From assembly GCA_963826715.1 (NCBI GenBank), contig CAWGYA010000008.1:1028415-1068414 (forward strand): a DNA stretch of 40,000 bases, given 5' to 3'. The position numbers and the translations under genes were made by a program. The stretch's first letter is position 1; every line of letters begins with the position of its first letter. Below, in pieces: positions 1-8,377 of this stretch. The notes beneath the pieces were generated by a model. It searched no databases and was not told the DNA's origin. It was given only the letters and a program-made list of their open reading frames with translations. The stretch is from Candidatus Bathyarchaeota archaeon (lineage in GTDB: Archaea; Thermoproteota; Bathyarchaeia; Bathyarchaeales; Bathycorpusculaceae).

Positions 1-224
1 CCAATATAGGGCATAAAATAGAAATCTCAGTAGAGGACACTGGTGAGGGCATTTCTAAAGAGGTTCAGGCGAAACTATTCACGCCTTTAATGACAACTAA
101 AGCGAAGGGTCAAGGTTTCGGTTTAGCGGTTGTTAAACGTATGACGGAAGCGATGGATGGAAACATCGTGTTTGAAACTCAGATAGGCAAAGGAACAATA
201 TTCACATTATTCTTTTCAGAGTGA
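1..224 (+). CDS. Sensor histidine kinase, C-terminal HATPase fragment (5' end outside the window)
   Basis: Frame 3 is open from the window edge to TGA at 222-224. It translates to '...VEDTGEGISKEVQAKLFTPLMTTKAKGQGFGLAVVKRMTEAMDGNIVFETQIGKGTIFTLFFSE', which carries the G1/G2 boxes of a GHKL ATPase. Not in the ORF track because it has no start codon. Confidence 0.8.
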   Translation, partial: NIGHKIEISVEDTGEGISKEVQAKLFTPLMTTKAKGQGFGLAVVKRMTEAMDGNIVFETQIGKGTIFTLFFSE

Positions 225-228
225 TCTG

Positions 229-1101
229 CTATTTTTTGAAGCATACTGAAGCGTAGCCCACAACGTCAGGGTCACCGGTGACTTCGCCACTGTTGTGGTA
301 GCTAAGCAGTTGAGCTTTGGCGTTTATGCCAACGGCATAGGTGATTAAGCTGGTTATGGGTGCATAGCCACAGGCTGAAATGTTCTGTTTCTCGATTGTT
401 TCATAGAATCCCTTAGCGTCTAAGGAGGTCACGTGTTTGAGCGCGGCATGGTCTTTGATTGAAGCTGACTCTGCGGATTCGTAGTGAGTCATGTCGGAGG
501 AGGCGATTACGACTGAATTGGTGGATTCCAGTACCTCCGTTAGCGCTCGACCGATTTCAACAGCTGATTTGTAGTCCTGCATTAAATAGGCGATGGGTAC
601 TATTTTGAAGTTGTTACCGTAAAGGAACTGTAGAAAAGGTAGCTGTACTTCAAGGGAATGCTCAAAGCGATGCGATAGATCATCTACATCTAAAACTGTG
701 GTTTCAGCTAAAATTTCATCCGCAAGTGCTAAATCAATTTCCACGTTGCCCAAAGGAGTCTGCCAGGTGCCTTCTCTCATGACAGAGAGCGCACTGCCAT
801 ATCCAGTGTGGTTGGGTCCTAATAGAATAAATGTGTCTGGTTTGCCATCTTGGGCTAATTCAAAATAACCAGATGCTGCCACGGGACCTGAATAGGGATA
901 GCCTGCGTGGGGAGAAATTAAACCCACAATTTTGCGTGGGTGATTATGCAAGTTTACAGTGGGGAGTTTTTGTGGTCCAAGTTTGTGGAGGAAGCATGAG
1001 GTAAGTTGTGCTTTGAGTGCTTCGGCGTTGCCCTCATAAAATTGAGAAGCGCCAATTGGACGCCGAAGGGTGGGCAAATTTTTAGGTGTCCTCCTCATCA
1101 T
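229..1101 (-). CDS. MEMO1-family protein (AmmeMemoRadiSam system protein B)
   Basis: 290-aa ORF. 'AGxFY'-like N-terminus ('GASQFYEG') and 'SPHAGYPYSGPVAA', typical of the MEMO family. Its tandem ATG starts overlap the uS2 stop by about 17-20 nt, indicating an operon. Confidence 0.85.
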   Translation of the reverse strand: MMRRTPKNLPTLRRPIGASQFYEGNAEALKAQLTSCFLHKLGPQKLPTVNLHNHPRKIVGLISPHAGYPYSGPVAASGYFELAQDGKPDTFILLGPNHTGYGSALSVMREGTWQTPLGNVEIDLALADEILAETTVLDVDDLSHRFEHSLEVQLPFLQFLYGNNFKIVPIAYLMQDYKSAVEIGRALTEVLESTNSVVIASSDMTHYESAESASIKDHAALKHVTSLDAKGFYETIEKQNISACGYAPITSLITYAVGINAKAQLLSYHNSGEVTGDPDVVGYASVCFKK

Positions 1102-1918
1102 CTCGCGTGACTTTCGCTTCGAAGTCTTCGATGCTTACTGGCGGATCACGATCGGGTGCAAGTTCGCCTCTTTCGCGTAGTACTTGTCTTGCGAGAAGCC
1201 AGAAGATTACAGCTAGTGCGCGTCTGCCTTTGTTATTGGTTGGAATAACTATGTCTACTCCTGAGAATTCGTTGTCAGTGCTACAGAGTGCGACGATAGG
1301 AATGCCTACGTTGCTAGCTTCTTTTACTGCTTGGGCATCTGCACGTGGGTCTGAGACAACAATTACTTCTGGGTCAACTCGGTTGCTGTATTGTGGGTTA
1401 GAGAGCTGACCAGGTATGAATCTGCCGATGAGAGGTGTTGCACCTGTGAGTTTGCAGAACATTCGGACTGGTTCATGAGCGTAGAGCCTTGTGGCTGCAA
1501 CTGCGACTTTGCTGGGTTCATAGCGTGAGAGAAACTTTGCGGTTGTGCGGATGCGGTCATCTGTTTTTTTGACGTCAAGTACGAACAAGCCGTCTGGGCG
1601 GACACGATAGATGAAGGGTTCCATGTCAAGTGTCTTCATCCTTGTGCCGATGTGGATGCCTGCAGATAGAAGGGTATCTCTTGGTAGAAGGAGAGTTTCT
1701 TCAGATGCTGAAGATTCTTGAACTTCAGCTTCTTCTTCATTTTCTTCTATTGATTGTTGCGGTGCAACTTCGATGACTTCAGCTTCAGTTTCATTGGTAA
1801 TTGGAGTACAGATTTCTTCTTCCTGTGGGGTGGACCCTACAGTTTCTTCTACTTGTTCCTCTGTCTCTTCTTCTTGGTTCTCTTCTGGTTGATTTTCTTT
1901 TACTTGGTCTTCAGACAT
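1082..1918 (-). CDS. rps2: 30S ribosomal protein uS2 with an acidic N-terminal extension of about 78 aa
   Basis: Core 'LLSAGIHIGTRMKTLDMEPFIYRVRPDGLFVLDVKKTDDRIR' matches archaeal S2. The first ~78 aa are E/Q/T-rich low complexity. The only in-frame ATG/GTG/TTG upstream of the core is the ATG at 1918. Confidence 0.9.
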   Translation of the reverse strand: MSEDQVKENQPEENQEEETEEQVEETVGSTPQEEEICTPITNETEAEVIEVAPQQSIEENEEEAEVQESSASEETLLLPRDTLLSAGIHIGTRMKTLDMEPFIYRVRPDGLFVLDVKKTDDRIRTTAKFLSRYEPSKVAVAATRLYAHEPVRMFCKLTGATPLIGRFIPGQLSNPQYSNRVDPEVIVVSDPRADAQAVKEASNVGIPIVALCSTDNEFSGVDIVIPTNNKGRRALAVIFWLLARQVLRERGELAPDRDPPVSIEDFEAKVTRDDEEDT

Positions 1919-1933
1919 TCTTCATCTTCTCAT

Positions 1934-3187
1934 TTAGCGTATATTTAAGTCAGCCATTTTGGCTCTATCACCGAGGAAATGCTCAATGCGAATGAGCTCA
2001 TTTAACTTGGCTATACGTGCACCTTCCACCACGCCTGTTTTAATGATAGGACATTTATAGGCAACGGCTAGATGTGCTATATGCCAGTCGCATGTATCAC
2101 CGCTCCGGTGGGAAACGATGGCGCTATAACCGTTACGCTGGGCTGTCTCGATTGTTTCAGATGCGTCGGTTAAGGTTCCTATCTGGTTGACTTTGATGAT
2201 GATAGCGTTTCCAGCGTTAATCCTTATTCCATTATTTAACCTTTCAGTATTAGTTGTGAATAAATCGTCTCCACAGATCAAGGAATTTTTAGATTTATTA
2301 GTAAGTTCTGCGAAACTGTCGAAGTCATCTTCATGAAATGGATCTTCTACGTATGAAAGGTGATACTTTTCGATAAGTTCACGCATATATTCAAGTTGCT
2401 CGGCAGTGTCCCGTTTTTTACCCTCGGTTTCATAGATATATTTTTCTTCTTTAGCTTTCCAAAAGCTTGAGGCTGCAACATCTATACCAAAGCCGCATTC
2501 AAAGTCAAGTTCATTGCCCACTTCTTCACATGCACGAGAGATAACTTCAAAGGCGTCATCGGTTTCAATGTTAGCAATCCATGCACCTTCGTCACTTTTG
2601 CCACCATTAAAAGTGGTGCTTTTCTTTTTCAATAAATCGCCAATTTTTTTATGGATTTGTGTGTTGGCGGTTTGGGCTTCCAGGAAACTTTCAGCACCAT
2701 GTGGAAGCGCAAGATATTCTTGAATGGCTGGGGCTTTACCGCGGGCGTGAGCACCGCCACTTATGCAGTTCCCCAATGGGTAGGGCATAGTGGTTGCGGC
2801 GTTTCCACCAATGAATTGAAACAAAAGTAGCCCATGGCTGTTTGCGGCTGCCTCTGCATTTGCAAGGCTGATTGCGAATGCAGTGTTACCGCCGATGTTT
2901 TTGAAATCTGATGTACCATCTATCTCATGTAGCGTGTTATCGATTTCCTCTTGAAAGTCAGAGTTTAGTCCTGCGAGTTCTGGGGCAATAAGATCGTCAA
3001 CTTTTTTGATAGCGGCTTCCACACCGCCTGAAGGGTAGTAGATGACTTCAGCCTTACCGCGGCTTTTGCCTGCTGGTGCACCTGAACGCCCAAATCCGCC
3101 GGCTGTGATAACATCAACTTCTATGGTTTCTTCTCCACGATTATTGAAAATTTTTCTAGCGATGAGGTCCTCAATGATAGATGACAC
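1934..3187 (-). CDS. eno: Enolase (phosphopyruvate hydratase)
   Basis: 417 aa with 'SHRSGDT' (variant of SHRSGET), 'IKVNQIGTLT' and 'GDDLFTTN'. GTG start. Sits 15 nt upstream of rps2. Confidence 0.92.
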   Translation of the reverse strand: MSSIIEDLIARKIFNNRGEETIEVDVITAGGFGRSGAPAGKSRGKAEVIYYPSGGVEAAIKKVDDLIAPELAGLNSDFQEEIDNTLHEIDGTSDFKNIGGNTAFAISLANAEAAANSHGLLLFQFIGGNAATTMPYPLGNCISGGAHARGKAPAIQEYLALPHGAESFLEAQTANTQIHKKIGDLLKKKSTTFNGGKSDEGAWIANIETDDAFEVISRACEEVGNELDFECGFGIDVAASSFWKAKEEKYIYETEGKKRDTAEQLEYMRELIEKYHLSYVEDPFHEDDFDSFAELTNKSKNSLICGDDLFTTNTERLNNGIRINAGNAIIIKVNQIGTLTDASETIETAQRNGYSAIVSHRSGDTCDWHIAHLAVAYKCPIIKTGVVEGARIAKLNELIRIEHFLGDRAKMADLNIR

Positions 3188-3565
3188 GCAACATTAACCT
3201 CAAGAGGCTATAGTTTTGTTACCAGCTTATTTTATGTTTCGGAAGACTTTTTCAATGCATCTGACATCTGCTGCATAAAATCTTCTTTGCAAATTCTAAA
3301 TGATTGTAAATGTTTGCAGCTACTTCTTCTATTTGTTCACTCATTGCATTCTAAAGTAATAATGTTATGATTCTTTTTTTGAAGATGTTACTGAATTTTA
3401 AAATCAAAATACGTTACTTAAAATATCATATACTTTACTTGTGGACTTTCTCATTGTGTTGATACAAGTTTTACCTAGTTAGAATAATCTTAAATGCCGG
3501 TTTTAAGTCTGAATTTGACAAGGTTTTTATGGATGCAACGGAAATACTGTTTGCACTAGTAATGT

Positions 3566-3643
3566 GGGGCCTTCGGCTAGCTTGGTCCAGGCTTGTAGAC
3601 TTGGGCTCTATAGACTCCGGTTCAAATCCGGGAGGCCCCACCA
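3566..3643 (+). tRNA. tRNA-Pro (anticodon UGG), 3' CCA encoded
   Basis: Hand-folded cloverleaf. Acceptor stem GGGGCCT/AGGCCCC. D stem GGCT/GGCT with two G-U pairs. Anticodon stem GTAGA/TCTAT with loop CT-TGG-GC (G37). T arm TCCGG-TTCAAAT-CCGGG. Discriminator A followed by CCA. No intron. Confidence 0.88.
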
Positions 3644-3796
3644 TTCACAATATTGGTTAATTGCTTTTTTAGGTTTAGTGCCGAAAACCGCCTATTCATT
3701 CAGCTCGTAAGTTGCTGCTTTTTTAGTTTTGGTACTTTTATTGTTGTTTATTTGAAGTGGCTAACCCTGCAGTGGCTTCAGCTCATTACGTCTTAA

Positions 3797-4318
3797 TTAA
3801 TGTCGTAACAATTCTCTTGTAAATAACCCAACTTTTTTGTCTGTAATTGGAAGCCCCGTTTTTGCTGCGACTATTTCCATTGTGTCTTTCACAATGTTTT
3901 GAGCAGCTTTTGCCACTTCTTCTGAGACCCCCATTTCGCCACTAAAAATGCCTTTGCAGTTTTTGACTGCGGCTGGATTTAACTCAATAATAATCCTCTC
4001 TGCTTTATAATCAAAGTCCTTTATAATAAAGGGGTCCAAAATACAAATTGACGGTTTGATGTCCTGAATTTTACATGTGTTTAACTTGCTTAAAAAGAAA
4101 CATCTCCCGTCTTTCTTTCTGCGAATACTTCTGTTATTAGAATCATTTGGCGATTCCAAAAAATTAACAAACCCCTTGGCTTCAATCCTTAATTGTTCCT
4201 TCAAATTAATGTCCGAAGGCTGATCTCTACAACAAACCCCACATTTCTTGCAATGAAAACTAGTCGACTCTGGAAATGTGACATTTCCATATTCCATATT
4301 AACCATAATTTTACACAT
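3797..4318 (-). CDS. YkgJ/UPF0153-family cysteine-cluster (CxxCxxCC) protein
   Basis: 173 aa with 'CKKCGVCCRD' plus later Cys residues ('GRCFFL','NTCKIQD...PSIC'). Several candidate ATG starts lie near the 5' end. Confidence 0.7.
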   Translation of the reverse strand: MCKIMVNMEYGNVTFPESTSFHCKKCGVCCRDQPSDINLKEQLRIEAKGFVNFLESPNDSNNRSIRRKKDGRCFFLSKLNTCKIQDIKPSICILDPFIIKDFDYKAERIIIELNPAAVKNCKGIFSGEMGVSEEVAKAAQNIVKDTMEIVAAKTGLPITDKKVGLFTRELLRH

Positions 4319-4372
4319 TTATAATAATAGAAAGTCAAAGTTTTTAGTCTATCCTAAAAAGATTTCCCATTT

Positions 4373-4813
4373 TTGCCAAATTGGCTTTCGATTATTTTGT
4401 TTTTGGAAAATCTCTTAATTTCACTAGTTTTTAATACCCGACTATTTGACTCTTATCTGAGGATCCACTTGCTCTTTAAACACAAAAATAAATCTCAACC
4501 CCATCTTCAAGTAGACTTAGGCGATCTGCAAAATGAAAGGCAGCGACTGAGCGATTTTATCCAATTACACCTAAAAGTTTCCGTTTCCAAAGAGGGTGAC
4601 AAATTGGTGGTAAATTCCGATAAGGTGAACCTTCAGGAATTGCAACATACTGTAAACAAGTTTGTTTACCATCGAGACCTAAACGGTACTTATTGGGTCT
4701 CAGCGGAAGGTTCAATTGTGAAAATTAATCGCTTCAAAGGCAAAGAAAAGAAAAAAGAGCATCATGAGACGGAGTTGCCGCATCAAACCGCCATCCAAAG
4801 CTGGGGACTATAG
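4373..4813 (+). CDS. Hypothetical small basic protein with a weak ribosomal L22e-like pattern; start uncertain
   Basis: The ORF opens with TTG and its first ~40 aa look non-genuine. The C-terminal ~100 aa ('LSDFIQLHLKV...VNKFVYHRDLNGTYWVSAEGSIVKINRF' followed by a K/E tail) look like real coding sequence. See findings. Confidence 0.45.
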   Translation: MPNWLSIILFLENLLISLVFNTRLFDSYLRIHLLFKHKNKSQPHLQVDLGDLQNERQRLSDFIQLHLKVSVSKEGDKLVVNSDKVNLQELQHTVNKFVYHRDLNGTYWVSAEGSIVKINRFKGKEKKKEHHETELPHQTAIQSWGL

Positions 4814-4918
4814 AAAAATAGATATAACCATTAATTTGTTAGCGTGCTTCTAAACCTAATTTTATATGACCGCAAATCTTAAAACTAAATCTCCTTTACT
4901 TGTAATTGAGGAAACCTA

Positions 4919-5263
4919 ATGGTTTATTGTAGTAGATGCGGCACCCAAAATCCCGATACTCACACTCATTGCACTAACTGTGGCGCACCCCTCTACACGG
5001 TAGGTCAACGCTACCCCGGAAGTGACAGAGAACATTACCGTCGAGTGGAAAATGAATGCTTCGGCTTGCCCAACGGAGGCATGATTGTGAGCATCGTTAT
5101 TGGTTTAATAATCGTTCTTGTAGGGTTAGGTTTGTTCTTGCAAGCTACATATGGCATATCGGTGGATATATGGCCCTTCATAATAATTATCTTCGGGGTG
5201 CTTATTGTGCTTGGTGGAATTTTTGGTCGGAGGCGACGTAATGAACGTCCTTCGAAGTCCTAA
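4919..5263 (+). CDS. Zinc-ribbon membrane protein
   Basis: 'CSRCGTQNP...CTNCGAP' zinc ribbon followed by two hydrophobic helices. GAGGA lies 6-10 nt upstream of the ATG. Confidence 0.6.
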   Translation: MVYCSRCGTQNPDTHTHCTNCGAPLYTVGQRYPGSDREHYRRVENECFGLPNGGMIVSIVIGLIIVLVGLGLFLQATYGISVDIWPFIIIIFGVLIVLGGIFGRRRRNERPSKS

Positions 5264-5951
5264 AACAGCGTCCACACTCCAAACACGTTTTTTTATTGTT
5301 CCATTCTGAGAGCAAAATCCTAAACCATAACATAAATACTATCAATCCGAGGACGTAGCTATCAATAAGCAAGCTTTGACCAACTAAGTCTGTCGTAATC
5401 ATACTAATACAGGATCCAATCACGAATAATGTATTTGCCGCCATTTTGGCGTAATCCCTTAGTTTTATTTGAACTAAACCCGCGAGCATCATAATTTCTC
5501 CTGTTATCAAAATCCATAATTCTCCTGTTTGAAAATCAAAAAAATTTAAAGAAAACAAAGTTATCCCAGCCATGGCAATTGTGGCTCCGAAAAGTAAACC
5601 ACTACAGGCGGCACAAAAAACCGAGCCTCTTATTGTGATTCGATTAGACGAAAACTTTTCACAGTTTGGATGGTGCCCTTTAAGCTGGTCTTCTAAATTT
5701 GTTGGGTTCTCAGAGTTTTGGTTGCTTCTTGGATTTTGGAAAATCATACGACACTTACCTGGATAAAAAACCGCAACTACGCCCAAGACACAAATAACAC
5801 TATAAATAGTGCCTACGAGCGGTCGCCGAATATATGAGGGATCTATTTGCAGATTGGGCTGTAGCAAAAGAATAGGGACAAGCACTAATCCAAAAAGTGA
5901 AGCCCCAAATAAAAACGGCAAGAAAAACTTGGAGGATATAGATTGAGTCAT
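5202..5951 (-). CDS. DUF2085-like polytopic membrane protein
   Basis: 'GHHPNCEKFSSNRITIRGSVFCAACSGLLFG' resembles the DUF2085 'HQ.P.RSF...CARCTG' core, with multiple TM helices. I prefer the ATG at 5951 (9 nt after the upstream stop) over the track start at 5996. Confidence 0.6.
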   Translation of the reverse strand: MTQSISSKFFLPFLFGASLFGLVLVPILLLQPNLQIDPSYIRRPLVGTIYSVICVLGVVAVFYPGKCRMIFQNPRSNQNSENPTNLEDQLKGHHPNCEKFSSNRITIRGSVFCAACSGLLFGATIAMAGITLFSLNFFDFQTGELWILITGEIMMLAGLVQIKLRDYAKMAANTLFVIGSCISMITTDLVGQSLLIDSYVLGLIVFMLWFRILLSEWNNKKTCLECGRCFRTSKDVHYVASDQKFHQAQ

Positions 5952-5959
5952 GGTTTTTC

Positions 5960-7384
5960 CTAGAACATCGATTTGATTTTGCCCAGCACACCCCATGTGG
6001 CCATATGCCTGAATGTGCGCCGTTTCATTGGATTGTTAGAGAACATCCCTCCAAATCGTCTGCTCCAAGAACCGTAAAAATTGCGGTAGCAACCATAAAG
6101 TTCCTCTTGTATTTGGTAGGTAGATAATGTTTCGGTTGGCATGATGGCATGAATCATGTCGTAGTGGCTCCAATTATGGTCTTCGATCCAACCGTTGCGT
6201 TCAGCCTCGGCATATATTTCTGTGCCAGGAAAGGGTGTTAGGATGCCGAACATTATGAAGTCTGGATCCAAATCGTTGGCGAACTCTCTTAGTTGCTGAA
6301 TGGATTGGTGAGTTTCTTTGCGGTTGCCAATTATAACCATGGCGTGGGCAAAGATACCGTTGTCCTGTAATAGCCGTACCGCCGTTTTTGCATCATTTGG
6401 TGTGATGCCTTTTTTGAAGTAATCCAGTGTGGCAGGATTTGAATTTTCTACTCCAAGCAGCACCCAGCTTAATCCAGACTTAGATAGGCGGGGCAAAAGG
6501 TCTTTATTGCGGATTATGTCATCGCAGCGAGCCTGCACAAACCACGTCACATCTTTAGGTAACTGTTTAGCGATGATTTCCTCAGCAATTTCTTGAGGAC
6601 GCTGTCCTGTGCCAAAGTTGTCGTCGGTTAACCAGATCATTTCGCTACCGAATTCTCTACTGCAATATTCCATTTCGTCAGCAATGCGCCTCGCCGGTTT
6701 GAGGCGCCAGCAGCTTTGCCAATGACTCCACTGGGTGCAAAAGGTACATTGATGGTTGCATCCACGTGCGCCTTCTATAAGCGCATATGGTGCTCTTTTG
6801 CCTGCCATGACTGAGAAGTGGTATTTGGGCATGTTGTCTTTAACGAGATGGTAGCCTGGAAACGGTAAATCCTCCAAGTTTGCAATTAATGGCCTTGAAG
6901 GGTTATGTGAGACAGTTACGCCGTTCCTATATGAGATGCCTTCAATATTGTGTAAACCTGTATCTTGCTGTTTTGCCTTCACCAATTCAGATAGTGTCTG
7001 TTCTCCCTCACTACGTACGATTACATCGATGTCTTGGTAAAGCTTGAGGCTGTCTTGGGCTGTTGAGGTAAAATGTTGTCCACCTGTTATTGTAAGCGCA
7101 TTTGGTGCCATTCGTTTAGCAATTTCCAGAGTTTTAACGACCGCATAAGTGTTACATGTAGCCAGAGAGGCACAAGCTACCACATCTGGGTTTGAACTGG
7201 CAATGCGCTCCTCTAACTGTTTCCAATCAACTTTCTCTGCGTTGCAATCTAGAATCTCTATTTCGATGTTTTTGTTTTCTCTTTCAAGATAGGCGGCGAG
7301 TTGGATTATGCCATAAGGTGGGGGCAGATATTCACCCATGACAAACCATATGTCTTTAGGTGGCTCGATGAATAGGACTTTCAA
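5960..7384 (-). CDS. B12-binding-domain radical SAM protein (class B)
   Basis: 474 aa. The N-terminal Rossmann-like segment ('DVVACASLATCNTYA...') resembles a cobalamin-binding domain. The radical SAM triad is 'CNHQCTFC'. TTG start. Confidence 0.8.
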   Translation of the reverse strand: MKVLFIEPPKDIWFVMGEYLPPPYGIIQLAAYLERENKNIEIEILDCNAEKVDWKQLEERIASSNPDVVACASLATCNTYAVVKTLEIAKRMAPNALTITGGQHFTSTAQDSLKLYQDIDVIVRSEGEQTLSELVKAKQQDTGLHNIEGISYRNGVTVSHNPSRPLIANLEDLPFPGYHLVKDNMPKYHFSVMAGKRAPYALIEGARGCNHQCTFCTQWSHWQSCWRLKPARRIADEMEYCSREFGSEMIWLTDDNFGTGQRPQEIAEEIIAKQLPKDVTWFVQARCDDIIRNKDLLPRLSKSGLSWVLLGVENSNPATLDYFKKGITPNDAKTAVRLLQDNGIFAHAMVIIGNRKETHQSIQQLREFANDLDPDFIMFGILTPFPGTEIYAEAERNGWIEDHNWSHYDMIHAIMPTETLSTYQIQEELYGCYRNFYGSWSRRFGGMFSNNPMKRRTFRHMATWGVLGKIKSMF

Positions 7385-7575
7385 ATGCGCGGTCTCCTAG
7401 TCCTGATTAGTTAATTATGCTTATTAGACTGCCGTTAATTTTCTAAGACTAAATTTTGAATTAAGGTTCAAATGGTTATTTAGTCTTGAGACGTGGTCTT
7501 ATTTTGCATCTTAACCTGAATAACTGCCCGATGAGTCGAAATATATGTAATACAAAAAATTTCGCTTAAAAAGGC

Positions 7576-7641
7576 GGGTTAAGAGTTGTGCGGAGATGCA
7601 AAGCGTGATGGCGAGCCATCAGATGCATTCCCTCTTAACCC
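7576..7641. other. 66-nt extended imperfect hairpin (candidate structured RNA; strand unknown)
   Basis: GGGTTAAGAG (7576-85) pairs with CTCTTAACCC (7632-41). GGA-G-ATGCA pairs with TGCAT-TCC. TGATGGC (7606-12) pairs with GCCATCA (7615-21). It lies in a 527-nt ORF-free gap. Confidence 0.4.
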
Positions 7642-7911
7642 ATTAAATAAATTGGTTAGTTAAGCTGAAAAGTTTTATGAAAGCAGAATTCATATTTTAG
7701 CACATATTTTGCTGTTTAACCATTATGAGAACTGAACCTGCAGATGCCAGAAACGAGAGGATGGGATAACGTAACTGTGAGTGTTTTTTATTCTATGGGT
7801 TGGGATTGGCAAAAAATAAAATTGATGTAACTCAATTGGATATAAGAGATTGATTGGGCACTGAAGTTTTTGTTTAAAAAAATGTGTGAAAAAATAAAAT
7901 CGTTGCTGATC

Positions 7912-8145
7912 TTACTGTACAGATTGAACTTCCTTTATTTCTGGAACTTGCGTTTTAAGGTGCGCTTCGATGCCGTTTTTTAGCGTCATCTGCGACATAG
8001 GGCAGCCTGCGCAATGTCCAACCAAGCGGACCTTCACTATTGAACCTTCGACAGCAACAAGTTCTACATCTCCGCCATCCATTTGAATTTGGGGTCTTAT
8101 GTCGTCAAGAGCAGCTTGGACTCTTTTCTCGATTGATTCAACCAT
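7912..8145 (-). CDS. NifU-like (Nfu-type) Fe-S cluster carrier domain protein
   Basis: 77 aa with 'DGGDVELV...VKVRLVGHCAGCPMSQMTLKNGIE', the CxxC Nfu motif. Confidence 0.85.
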   Translation of the reverse strand: MVESIEKRVQAALDDIRPQIQMDGGDVELVAVEGSIVKVRLVGHCAGCPMSQMTLKNGIEAHLKTQVPEIKEVQSVQ

Positions 8146-8377
8146 ATAGCTTCACGTTAGCTATTTTGAATTGGTTGGATTATAAAAAAGATTCCTGTCG
8201 GCTACCATCTTTCATCCATTTCAGGGAACGAGCTGACCTCGTAGCTAAATCAATTAATGTCCTTAGAAAGAAAACGTGTTTATTTGTCTTTAAAAAACAG
8301 GTAAAAACGCAGGTGGCGGCAAAAAGGTAGATTTTAGGGGTAATTATATTAGTAAGGCAGTAGAGTTTGACCATGAA

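Noticed and set aside
1086-1629. Track ORFs antisense to or overlapping rps2 (1086-1409 +, 1363-1629 -), and similar ORFs inside eno, feoB, dtxR, AcnX, UbiD, thermosome, the HycE-like gene, iscS, mvk, glyA, serA and the PAS kinase
   Set aside because: Each lies wholly within a longer ORF that has clear family motifs. Their translations are low-complexity or Ser/Leu/Arg-rich, which is typical of off-frame or antisense reading.
3255-3347. 30-aa minus-strand ORF (MSEQIEEVAANIYNHLEFAKKILCSRCQMH*) upstream of eno, checked as a possible rpoN/rpoK-type small gene
   Set aside because: It does not resemble Rpo10 or Rpo6, which often precede eno-rps2 in archaea. It is very short and has no coupling to its neighbours.
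3566-3800. tRNA-Pro as an integration site for a mobile element
   Set aside because: I found no integrase or transposase and no direct repeat of the tRNA 3' end in the window. The flanking genes are ordinary.
7576-7641. Reading the long hairpin as a box C/D or H/ACA sRNA, or as a K-turn
   Set aside because: 'GTGATGG' loosely resembles a C box, but no CUGA D box lies at a suitable distance on either strand. No ACA follows the basal stem. Forcing tandem G-A pairs breaks the perfect apical helix.
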